Of a DNA stretch of 51,644 nucleotides, positions 16,961 through 25,417 are shown piece by piece. The notes beneath the pieces are model-generated. The model was not told the DNA's origin and made no database searches. It saw nothing but the letters and a program-made list of their open reading frames with translations. The translations under genes were made by a program, and so were the position numbers. This DNA comes from Candidatus Parcubacteria bacterium (GTDB lineage Bacteria; Patescibacteriota; Patescibacteriia; UBA1558; GWA2-36-10), in contig JABJNO010000023.1 in the NCBI GenBank assembly GCA_018664825.1, forward strand, positions 1-51,644. The letters run 5' to 3'. The stretch's first letter is position 1. Each line of letters begins with the position of its first letter.

Positions 16961-17386
16961 TCAATTTTCGTCTTCTACTTCTATATTTATATCTTGTTTT
17001 TTGATTTTTGGCAAAGAAATGGTCAAAACCCCATTTTTGATAGTAGCCTTTATTCTTTCTGGATCAACATCGACTGGTAGTATAATAGATCTAGAAAAAC
17101 CACCCCAATAACATTCTTGATAAAAATAATCACCCTCTTCTATACTAAGGTCCTTTTTTCTCTTACCACGGATAGTAATCATGTCATTATCAAAAGTAAT
17201 ATCAATATCTTCTGGTTCTACACCGGCTATTGTTGATTTTATAATAACGTTTTTTTTGTCTTGAAATACATCTACCGCCAATTGGCCGTCTTCTTCCAGG
17301 TCTTCTTCTTCCTCATATAAATCAGCCGGATCATAGTTTACTTCCACTTCTTCTTCTTTTACTTTTTTGTTTTTCTTTTTGAGCAT
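16961..17386 (-). CDS. Small heat-shock protein Hsp20/alpha-crystallin
   Basis: LAVDVFQ, AGVEPEDIDI, FSRSIILP, ATIKNGVLTISLPK. Confidence 0.93.
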   Translation of the reverse strand: MLKKKNKKVKEEEVEVNYDPADLYEEEEDLEEDGQLAVDVFQDKKNVIIKSTIAGVEPEDIDITFDNDMITIRGKRKKDLSIEEGDYFYQECYWGGFSRSIILPVDVDPERIKATIKNGVLTISLPKIKKQDINIEVEDEN

Positions 17387-17499
17387 ACTATCCTAGTAAA
17401 AATAATAATTAATACTACCTATATTATAGGATTTTAAAGATCATTTGTAAAGAAAACTTTAGTTCTTGACAATATTCTTATATATGGTAAAGTGATTTT

Positions 17500-17825
17500 T
17501 GATATTGTACATAGATAAATCGCTGTTGGAAAAGAGTGCTCTAGAGGGCCGAAGTGGAAAAGGATTTGGTTGGCAGCAGTCAACTTTACTCCCTGTCTAG
17601 TAGGACACACAAATCTACACCCAAGTAGGGTGTGCCATTCAGTTGTTTGGGCTAGGAGTCCCCGTGAGACTCCGAAAGCGGAGTAAACCCAAACAGAGAA
17701 GTGGCTAGTCTGCCGTCTCGGACGAATGTGTGTTGTCAGACGTACATGACTACCTTTGGTTTGCACCACCTTATTCAACAGCGTACCACCCCCCGTCAGG
17801 CTGAGCTTGACGGGGGGATTTTTTT
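17500..17825 (+). ncRNA. Candidate large structured RNA E (about 263-nt rod/multibranch plus terminator)
   Basis: Promoter TTGACA(17466) with extended -10 TGgTAAAGT; closing arms 17521-17534/17770-17783; several internal hairpins; 11-bp terminator 17789-17817 plus T7. Confidence 0.65.
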
Positions 17826-17859
17826 GACCAATTTTACACTTTGGTATATTATGCTATAT

Positions 17860-18006
17860 TAAAAATATATAGTTCTTTTGGAAATCAGCACAATGCCGTG
17901 CTTATCAAAAAGAAAGGTGGGAACGCTGAAGGGGTGAGTCGTTACAGGGACAACACTCTGAAGCTCTGTATAGATGTATTATTTACTATACAGAGCTTCT
18001 TTTTTT
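17860..18006 (+). ncRNA. Candidate small RNA F
   Basis: Promoter TTGACC(17824)-17-TATTAT; boxA-like AGTTCTTTTGGAAA at 17871; perfect 14-bp terminator 17960-17999 plus T-tract; no convincing ORF. Confidence 0.45.
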
Positions 18007-18047
18007 ACAAAATAAAAACCCCGTTCAATTGAACGGGGTTTGTTTTT

Positions 18048-18725
18048 TTAGTCACTACCCAAAAGGACGTGTACTTTGATGTCTTTGAAAATCTGGAATT
18101 CATCCAGCTCCTCAGCAATTGCCCCGGCTAAATCTTGTCGATTACATTCTGTTTTGTTATTAGCATAATAAGTCCTCTGCCAATAACCGTCGTCTGAAAC
18201 AAAAAATGTTTCTCCATATTGATTGTATTCTACATCCTCAGTGTCTATCTCCCAGCCTTTTCGATAAACACTACCGACGTCTGTATCATACAATGAAACT
18301 GTCATATAGATGACGATGTTTCCTTTTTGATCAAACCAAGTCAACCAATCAAATCCCCAGGCACCCTCTAACGAATTATCTTCGTCAGACTTCCAAAAAT
18401 AGATTCCTTCTCCACAGGCAATTAGGTGAGGAAATCCTCCCTCGGGGTTTTCACTGCTATAATAGCTGTGCCCAATCTCAATTATCTTAGCGAGAATCTC
18501 GGGACTGATTTCCATAGGGTGAATATTTTTGAAGATATCTGTAATACCAGACTCTTCATTACCAAGAGTGTCTTGGTTGGCAATAGATGCCGATTTTAGA
18601 GAGTCATAGAGCTCTCCTGCTCTTTCGGCTCTATCTGGTTTACCAGGCTCGCTTGGCTGAGCAAAAGCCAGGCTAGCAACACAGAGAATCAACATGCTGA
18701 CGAGGAACAAATTTCGGAACTTCAT
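18048..18725 (-). CDS. Secreted hypothetical protein (225 aa)
   Basis: Sec-type signal peptide (..ASLAFA), SD-like AAGGAAG, own promoter and terminator 18014-18045. Confidence 0.7.
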   Translation of the reverse strand: MKFRNLFLVSMLILCVASLAFAQPSEPGKPDRAERAGELYDSLKSASIANQDTLGNEESGITDIFKNIHPMEISPEILAKIIEIGHSYYSSENPEGGFPHLIACGEGIYFWKSDEDNSLEGAWGFDWLTWFDQKGNIVIYMTVSLYDTDVGSVYRKGWEIDTEDVEYNQYGETFFVSDDGYWQRTYYANNKTECNRQDLAGAIAEELDEFQIFKDIKVHVLLGSD

Positions 18726-18828
18726 TTAAGCCACTTCCTTCATTTGAGCTTATATTATGGAATGAACTACCCAGAAATTACTATACAAACAAATATATGT
18801 CAACCAAAAAAATAGCCCTTGGGCTATC

Positions 18829-18905
18829 TGGTGGGTGTACCTGGATTTGAACCGGGGACCTCTACAATGTCAATGTAGCGCTCTAACCAACTGAGCTATA
18901 CACCC
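18829..18905 (-). tRNA. tRNA-Val(GAC)
   Basis: Cloverleaf GGGTGTA..CTACA-TT-GAC-AT-TGTAG..GGTTCAAATCC..CACCCACCA with encoded CCA. Confidence 0.97.
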
Positions 18906-18912
18906 AATAAAA

Positions 18913-19419
18913 TTATTTTATCTCATAAAGATATATAGCCGGACCCTTTTCTCTCTTTTCTACTTTGGTAGGCTCCCAACCTTCTATTGGCCAAACATAG
19001 GCTATCACCTTGGCTCCTGGTTTTAAATCTTTTTCTAATTTGGTTTTTAATTTTGGATAAATTCGAGGAATCAAGAAAAAATATACCAAGTCTGCATCTG
19101 ACAAATCCGTCATCCAAAAATCTTTGAAACTTATTTTAGCTTTATTACGAGAAATTATTTTCCTAGCATTGGCTATCAAATATGGTAATACAGATATTTC
19201 TAGTCCTTCGGCCTTGGCTCCTCTATCAGCAGCTGCAAAAACCACCTTTCCATCTCCACAACCAAGATCATATACTTTGTCGTCCTTTTTTACATCTGCT
19301 AGGTCCAATATTGTTTTTATATCTTTGCCCCACATAGGCACCCAGGAAATAGCCCTGACAACAGAGTAAAAAAAACTAAGCAATATTGCGAAAAGTAAAA
19401 CTAATAAAAAGATTCCCAT
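18913..19419 (-). CDS. Small class I SAM-dependent methyltransferase with N-terminal TM (start corrected to 19419)
   Basis: YDLGCGDG motif I; the ORF-track extension to 19518 runs through tRNA-Leu and is spurious. Confidence 0.85.
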   Translation of the reverse strand: MGIFLLVLLFAILLSFFYSVVRAISWVPMWGKDIKTILDLADVKKDDKVYDLGCGDGKVVFAAADRGAKAEGLEISVLPYLIANARKIISRNKAKISFKDFWMTDLSDADLVYFFLIPRIYPKLKTKLEKDLKPGAKVIAYVWPIEGWEPTKVEKREKGPAIYLYEIK

Positions 19420-19439
19420 AAAGTTTTTATAATATTGTG

Positions 19440-19524
19440 TGGTACCGGAGAGAGGACTTGAACCTCCACGCCCGAAGGCACTTGGTCCTAAACCAAGCGT
19501 GTCTACCAATTTCACCACTCCGGC
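19440..19524 (-). tRNA. tRNA-Leu(TAG)
   Basis: GCCGGAG..CTTGG-TT-TAG-GA-CCAAG, long variable arm, GGTTCAAGTCC, terminal ACCA. Confidence 0.97.
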
Positions 19525-19668
19525 TTAAATTTAAATAACGCCTATATTTATACCTAAATTTTGATAAAAGTCAATAAAGAACCCCTCCTAGTTAACTATA
19601 CTTGCAAACTATAAAAAAACATTGTAAGCTCAGGAAAGTTATTTTGTTCATTTAATAAAGGAGAAAAA

Positions 19669-19836
19669 ATGGAATACCCCTTTGATTACAGAAGCGCCAA
19701 AACACACAACCTGGTTACTACTGCCGACAGATCAGGCGCTATACCCATCCCCATTGCTCTTGGCCTTGATAAACAAGCCAAGGACGAGCACGTGAGATCT
19801 CAAATCAACAGATCCAGGCGTATGGATGACTACTAG
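19669..19836 (+). CDS. Small hypothetical protein (55 aa, not in ORF track)
   Basis: MEYPFDYRSAKTHNLVTTADRSGAIPIPIALGLDKQAKDEHVRSQINRSRRMDDY; promoter TTGCAA(19602)-17-TAAGCT, SD AAGGAG, terminator ATCCTCTAGAT/ATCTAGAGGAT. Confidence 0.65.
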   Translation: MEYPFDYRSAKTHNLVTTADRSGAIPIPIALGLDKQAKDEHVRSQINRSRRMDDY

Positions 19837-19862
19837 TCAAAACCAACAATCCTCTAGATATT

Positions 19863-22310
19863 TTATCTAGAGGATTTTTTTGTTACTCTTTTAACAACCA
19901 TCATTACTACTATTACTATACTTCCAACCAACAAAAACAACAATGTCTGTTTTACTTGATTTTTATTATCATTGTTATCAACAAAATTGGTCGAAGTATT
20001 TATCTCCAATTCTTCCAAACTTTGGCTAGAATGTATTTTTTCTGCTAAGACTTGCTGAGAAACCCATAAATCAGCCAAGTTTTGTGGTAAAATTTTAAAA
20101 CCACTATCGGTTTCTGTTAAAATTCCCTTGATTATCACCTCTAGCCCTTTTTTTATCTCCAATTCTTTGGTAGAAAAATTGCTATACGCCCGTAAAATAT
20201 AATCTTCTTCAATATCGCTACCCAAATATATATTTTTACCGCTTTTTTTAACGACTACTCCCCTGATTCTCAAATATCCACCCAAAAAATCTTCATCTAT
20301 ATTTTCTACTTCCGTTATTTCTGGTTCTACCAAATCTACCAACACATCATTTATACTAATATCTTCCCTAGATGATATTTTGACTCGAGGTAGATATCCT
20401 GTTTTAGAAATTTCCCCAACTACCATCACCACCTGTCCTATTTTTAATTCTGGAAAATTTTTGTGATAAGAATAAATTTCCAAAATATTTTCAAAGTCTG
20501 TTTCACCAGCTTGCCAACCAGCTATATAAAAACTTTTTGTTTTGTCGTCCGCTGGAGTGATCACTACTCCTTGTGTAAGTACTTTATCTTTTTTGGCAAA
20601 ATCTTTGACTTCAGCTGTAGATAAAATAATTTCTTCCATCTTTTCTAAAACCAAAATATTTTTTTGTTCGGGCATTGGGTCAGACACAAGCCATTCGCTA
20701 TTACTCAAATCCCAGGCATAGGATTTTCCTTCTGGGATTTTCTCATATACCACCTCTTGCCAAAGTTCTTCTGCTGGGGTAATCAGCCTGACTGAATCTG
20801 TCGAGTTGTTCAGAGTTATTTTACTAACACTTCTTTGTACTACCAAAAAATCATCTGCTGATACTATTGTACTGCTAGAAAATAAATATGGTTTACTACC
20901 ACCATCTTGATCATCAAGCCTCCAGGCTCTCAGGTCTATATCTTTGGCAGAAGCATTATAAATTTCTATCCACTCATTATCATCACTACCAACGGGATTT
21001 GGTATAAACTCTGAAATTATCAAATCATCTTCACCAAAATCAATCGGCACAATTTCGATAATTTGCTCTGTACTATTTATTTGTTCAATTTCCTCTATTT
21101 TCCGGGTTATATTTATACTTAATTCTGATCTATTTTCCAGCCCTTCGGAGTCTTCAATTCGAAGGATTATTGTATAGGCTCCAACATTATCAAATTTATG
21201 TTTTATAGTCTCCTTGCTACTAGTATCACCATCCCCAAAATCCCACTTGAAATCAAGCTCATCTCCTTCGGGATCAGAAGAATTTTTGGCTGAAAAACTT
21301 ATCGTTTCACCAACAATAAAATCCCCATTTTCTACGACTATTTGCGCCGTAGGCGCTTGATTGACCACTATATCATTGTCACTTCCTGGGGTAGGATTTT
21401 TTGTCCAAAAAAACACATTGTCCTGTCTGGCATAGCTACGCCCCTCCAAGGCATTCGTATAGCTTATGGTTTCCAAAATATTATCGTCCGGATCATACAA
21501 TTTTACAGAATCTCCACTAGAGTTATTTAGAGAAATTCCGGTAATATTTTTGTACAGAATTTTGTAGCCATTTGAGGGTAGTAATAAGTCTATATTGGTA
21601 TCCAAATCTAGTGTAAATTTTCTAACAGAATTATCTTGTAGAGAAAATCCTTCCAAATTTATATCCTCCACTCCTCTATTGTAGAGCTCTATCCATTCTT
21701 CATCATCACTGCCAACTGGATTTGGAATAAATTCAGAAACTATGATTTGCGACCAATCAAAAATTTCTTCTTCAGGATGAGCCTCTTCTTCCACAAAAAT
21801 ATTTTCCTCGCCTGGACTACCACCCAATATCTGACTAGCCTGCCAAACATTGGTCGAGGTATTTAGTTGCAAAGAATATCCCGACTCCCCTCCCAAAACA
21901 GAATCATAAAAAAATTCTAAGGGATAATTTTGACCACTGTCAAAACTAAGACCCAAAGTAGAGCTAGAGTTTGGTAGGCTCATCACACTATCAAATAAGT
22001 TTCCAGAAAAATCTGGATAATCTAGTAAAAAGTTTTCTGCATTATCAGCCACCACAAAATAATCATTGACCAAAATTGTACTGCTACCATGATACAAATT
22101 TAAACTATGATTTGATCCATCAAAAAATCTCCAAGTACTACTAGCTACCAAGTCTTGGTCTCCTCCATTAAAAATTTCTACCCATTCGTGCCCGCTGTCT
22201 GCGCCTACAGCATCATACATTATCTCTGAAAAAACCAGATCATCCGTTGATGCCTGAGCTTTTGAGCAAAACAAAAATACTATTGTTAGAACAATCGCTT
22301 TCTTCTTCAT
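19863..22310 (-). CDS. Membrane-anchored surface protein with three lamin-tail domains, PKD and OB-fold-like regions
   Basis: Repeats SE(I/F).(Y/P)...G.D..EW(V/I)E.(F/Y)N three times; PKD FKWDFGDG; signal peptide and C-terminal TM. Confidence 0.85.
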   Translation of the reverse strand: MKKKAIVLTIVFLFCSKAQASTDDLVFSEIMYDAVGADSGHEWVEIFNGGDQDLVASSTWRFFDGSNHSLNLYHGSSTILVNDYFVVADNAENFLLDYPDFSGNLFDSVMSLPNSSSTLGLSFDSGQNYPLEFFYDSVLGGESGYSLQLNTSTNVWQASQILGGSPGEENIFVEEEAHPEEEIFDWSQIIVSEFIPNPVGSDDEEWIELYNRGVEDINLEGFSLQDNSVRKFTLDLDTNIDLLLPSNGYKILYKNITGISLNNSSGDSVKLYDPDDNILETISYTNALEGRSYARQDNVFFWTKNPTPGSDNDIVVNQAPTAQIVVENGDFIVGETISFSAKNSSDPEGDELDFKWDFGDGDTSSKETIKHKFDNVGAYTIILRIEDSEGLENRSELSINITRKIEEIEQINSTEQIIEIVPIDFGEDDLIISEFIPNPVGSDDNEWIEIYNASAKDIDLRAWRLDDQDGGSKPYLFSSSTIVSADDFLVVQRSVSKITLNNSTDSVRLITPAEELWQEVVYEKIPEGKSYAWDLSNSEWLVSDPMPEQKNILVLEKMEEIILSTAEVKDFAKKDKVLTQGVVITPADDKTKSFYIAGWQAGETDFENILEIYSYHKNFPELKIGQVVMVVGEISKTGYLPRVKISSREDISINDVLVDLVEPEITEVENIDEDFLGGYLRIRGVVVKKSGKNIYLGSDIEEDYILRAYSNFSTKELEIKKGLEVIIKGILTETDSGFKILPQNLADLWVSQQVLAEKIHSSQSLEELEINTSTNFVDNNDNKNQVKQTLLFLLVGSIVIVVMMVVKRVTKKSSR

Positions 22311-22387
22311 AATAATTCTTAATTATCTTATCAAAGGCCTAAAGATACAGGCAAACTTTAGGCCTCCAATAAACCAACTAACTAGTT

Positions 22388-22792
22388 TTATTCTTCGATT
22401 TGAATTTCTTCAATATCTATCTCCTCTTTAGCTGTTTCGTCCCCTTTTATCTCTTTTTTGTTACGACCACCTAGCATAATAAGGTCAGAAGCTACAATTT
22501 CTGTAATATACTTCTTGTTTTTGTCCTTATCTTCGTAACTTCTATTTTGTAGACGGCCTTCCAAAAAGATTTTTGAGCCTTTTTTTAGATAAGTTGAGAT
22601 AATCTCCGCCAATTTCCCCCAAGCCACTACTTTGTGAAAATCAGCTCGACTCTTTTTTTCCTTGGTCTTAACGTCTTTCCAATTATAATTGGTTGCAATG
22701 CTGAACAGGGCAATGCTTTGTCCAGAAGGTAAACTTTTTGCTTCTGGGTCACCGGCTAAATTGCCGATTAAACTCACTTTGTTTAAATCCAT
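22388..22792 (-). CDS. ssb: Single-stranded DNA-binding protein (start corrected to 22792)
   Basis: MDLNKVSLIGNL..DPE, FSIATN, VAWGKLAE, LKKGSKIFLEGRLQNRSY; SD AAGGAG. Confidence 0.95.
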   Translation of the reverse strand: MDLNKVSLIGNLAGDPEAKSLPSGQSIALFSIATNYNWKDVKTKEKKSRADFHKVVAWGKLAEIISTYLKKGSKIFLEGRLQNRSYEDKDKNKKYITEIVASDLIMLGGRNKKEIKGDETAKEEIDIEEIQIEE

Positions 22793-23104
22793 ATCGCTTT
22801 TCTCCTTTCTTTTCCTATCCACCAGCCGGCAGAAGGAACACTTATTAATTATTGACAAAATGGCCATTTTGTACTACTCTATCGATGAGACTAACCTAGT
22901 TAGCTCTCAAAATCGCTTTTCTTCACAAAAACCCCCGTTTCGGCGGGGGTCTTTGTATTTTTTAGCCGTCTCAAATGAGGTGGCTATTTAATTTGTATTT
23001 GTATCTTATAAATAAAAAAAAATACTGTCAAGCTTTACAATTTTTTTACCTGTTGCTAATCTGAATATACTTAGTTCGTTTCAAACTTTAAATACAAGGA
23101 GGTA

Positions 23105-23353
23105 GTGATGTTACAACAAGATGAAATCACACGTGAAAATATCAATGGTTTCAACAAGGTCACTTACTACATTTCAAAGGTTGTCTTTTATTCTGCCCTG
23201 CCAATCTCCGCCATACTGGCTGTAATGGATTATTATTACCATTACTTTACTATCGGTTGGTGGTGGATTCTTATTATTCTTTCATTGGTACTTTCCAGAG
23301 AAATAAAAACCATGGTCGAAAGGAGTTCCGATGACAACAAGTCAAAAAAATAA
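23105..23353 (+). CDS. Small membrane protein
   Basis: Two hydrophobic segments; SD AAGGAGG; promoter TTTACA(23034)-17-TAATCT. Confidence 0.65.
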   Translation: MMLQQDEITRENINGFNKVTYYISKVVFYSALPISAILAVMDYYYHYFTIGWWWILIILSLVLSREIKTMVERSSDDNKSKK

Positions 23354-23354
23354 A

Positions 23355-23570
23355 ATGACCCCCACAGAAGAAGTTGCTCATCTAACAGCAGATGTTGTCG
23401 GTCTACTGATAATCATCGGTGGTGCCATCATGCTTCTTTTGAGAAAACTCAATGTGGTTGAGTTTGGTGATTTTTGGGTGATTGCTGCTGTGGTCGTTTT
23501 GTTTATGTGTATAGTCACTCAAGACAATGCTATAGAAAATGACGACGGAGCCGATTGCCTTCCTCCTTAA
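23355..23570 (+). CDS. Small membrane protein (probable start ATG 23355)
   Basis: Two TM segments; starts 1 nt after the upstream stop; terminator follows at about 23575-23610. Confidence 0.6.
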   Translation: MTPTEEVAHLTADVVGLLIIIGGAIMLLLRKLNVVEFGDFWVIAAVVVLFMCIVTQDNAIENDDGADCLPP

Positions 23571-23608
23571 AAAACAAACCCCTGATAAAATTATCAGGGG
23601 TTTTACTT

Positions 23609-24184
23609 TTATATATGATTTGTTAAAAAAGATTTTCGATGTATGGAGCTTGTACCAAATTTTTTGATAAGCTCAAGATGTTTTTTTGTACCGTAGCCTT
23701 TGTGTGCCCAGAGATCATAGTGAGGAAAATATTTATCCAAACTAGACATCAGGCTGTCTCTATATACCTTTGCTATTATCGAGGCCGCGGCAATCTCCGC
23801 AAACTTGGTTTCTCCTTGTTTATAAAAATTTATGTTAGCGACCTCAAAACCCCCGACATAATCAGCCACTACTGTATATTCATCATTTACCAATTTAGCT
23901 ACTTCATCCAAGACTTCTATAAAAACCATTTTGTTGGCAGCTTGGATTCCATACTTATCAATAAATTTATTATCCAAGAGTTGGATAGACCAAATAAAAT
24001 TTTCTATAATCTCAGAAAACAAAGACTCTCTCTTGTAGGGAGATAAAATTTTTGAATCCCTAACTTCTGACAAAATCTGTTTTTGTTTTTTGGTATTACC
24101 AGAAGCAACCGCAGCTGCTACTATCGGACCAGCTACCGGTCCTCTACCCACCTCATCTATTCCAATGATTATTTTCCTTGGCAT
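23609..24184 (-). CDS. rnhB: Ribonuclease HII
   Basis: GIDEVGRGPVAGP, RDSK, IAAASIIAKVYRD, HKGYGT, IHRKSF. Confidence 0.97.
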   Translation of the reverse strand: MPRKIIIGIDEVGRGPVAGPIVAAAVASGNTKKQKQILSEVRDSKILSPYKRESLFSEIIENFIWSIQLLDNKFIDKYGIQAANKMVFIEVLDEVAKLVNDEYTVVADYVGGFEVANINFYKQGETKFAEIAAASIIAKVYRDSLMSSLDKYFPHYDLWAHKGYGTKKHLELIKKFGTSSIHRKSFLTNHI

Positions 24185-25413
24185 TAATGTTGTACCTTTA
24201 TAGCCTCTGCCAGTCTTTTGAGTGCAGTCACAAAAGCAGCGGTTCTTAAATCTATTTTATATTCTTTGGAATTTTTCAAAACTGACTGCCAGGCTGGAAT
24301 CATTCTTTCTTTTAATTCATCATCCACCTCTTTGTCACTCCAATAATTATTTTCATTGTTTTGTATCCATTCAAAATATGAAACTGTCACACCACCCGCA
24401 TTGGCTAATACATCAGGTATGACCATTACATTGTTTTCAAATAAAATCTCATCTGCTTCAGGAGTAGTTGGTCCATTGGCCAATTCCAAAATAATTTTGG
24501 CCTTGATATCAGATGCGTTACTTTTGGTGATTTGATTTTCTAAAGCGGCTGGCACCAATACATCTACATCCAAAGCAAAGAACTCCTTAATGTCTATTTC
24601 TTTGGATCCTTTAAATCCGGCTAATGTTTTTATTTTTTCTTTATGTTCAATCACCTTGTCAACGTCAAAGCCTTTTTTATCAAAAATAATTACTCGTGAA
24701 TCAGCCAGGGCTACTACTTTATAGCCAGCATCATACAAAAGCTTGGCAGCAACACTTCCGGCATTACCAAAACCTTGGATGGCTACCTTCAACTTGCTTG
24801 CCTTGAGATCGAGTTCATTTATAGCTTCTTGTAATACATAAAATCCACCCATAGCAGTGGCTGTGTCGCGTCCTTTTGATCCACCAAAATCAAGCGGCTT
24901 GCCAGTGACAACTCCCCATTGCTTTTTACCTACAAGATTTGAGTATTCATCAGCCATCCAACACATTATCTGTGGCGTGGTATAAACATCAGGAGCAGGA
25001 ATGTCTTTTTCGGGTCCAATCACATCTTTAAAGGCCTTGATCCAGGCTCGAGACAATCTCTGTATTTCTGCTTCACTCATGGCTTTTGGATCAACCAAAA
25101 TACCACCCTTACCTCCACCCATTGGGATATTGGCAACAGCAGTTTTGATAGCCATCCAAAAACTCAAGGCCTTTACTTCATCGAGATCTACTTGTGGATG
25201 AAAACGAATACCGCCTTTGTATGGTCCTCTAGCGCTATTGTATTGGACACGATAAGCTTCAAAAATTTTCAAACTACCATCATCCATTTTTATAGGTAGC
25301 GAAGCCATCACGGTCCTCTCAGGTGTGCTCAACCTAGCCACCACATCTTTATCAAGGTCAATGAGCTTGGCCGCTTTTTCAAGTTGCCTCAAAGCATTGT
25401 CGTATGCATTCAT
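24184..25413 (-). CDS. gdhA: Glutamate dehydrogenase (Glu/Leu/Phe/Val dehydrogenase family)
   Basis: GPYKGGIRFHP, GGGKGG, DIPAPDV, IQGFGNAG, ELANGPTT, ANAGGVTVSYFEW. Confidence 0.93.
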   Translation of the reverse strand: MNAYDNALRQLEKAAKLIDLDKDVVARLSTPERTVMASLPIKMDDGSLKIFEAYRVQYNSARGPYKGGIRFHPQVDLDEVKALSFWMAIKTAVANIPMGGGKGGILVDPKAMSEAEIQRLSRAWIKAFKDVIGPEKDIPAPDVYTTPQIMCWMADEYSNLVGKKQWGVVTGKPLDFGGSKGRDTATAMGGFYVLQEAINELDLKASKLKVAIQGFGNAGSVAAKLLYDAGYKVVALADSRVIIFDKKGFDVDKVIEHKEKIKTLAGFKGSKEIDIKEFFALDVDVLVPAALENQITKSNASDIKAKIILELANGPTTPEADEILFENNVMVIPDVLANAGGVTVSYFEWIQNNENNYWSDKEVDDELKERMIPAWQSVLKNSKEYKIDLRTAAFVTALKRLAEAIKVQH

Positions 25414-25417
25414 ATAT

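Noticed and set aside
17434-17778. 114-aa minus ORF
   Set aside because: No SD or recognisable motifs; antisense to a promoter- and terminator-bounded structured element.
17521-17783. RNA E as RNase P RNA, tmRNA or SRP RNA
   Set aside because: Lacks GAGGAAAGUCC and ACAGAA-CCGGCUUA P4 strands, the tmRNA tRNA-like ends and T-loop, and the SRP GGAAG-AGCAG helix-8 motif; the 3' UACCA is not on a proper acceptor stem.
19420-19518. N-terminal extension of the methyltransferase ORF
   Set aside because: It is the tRNA-Leu sequence read in frame.
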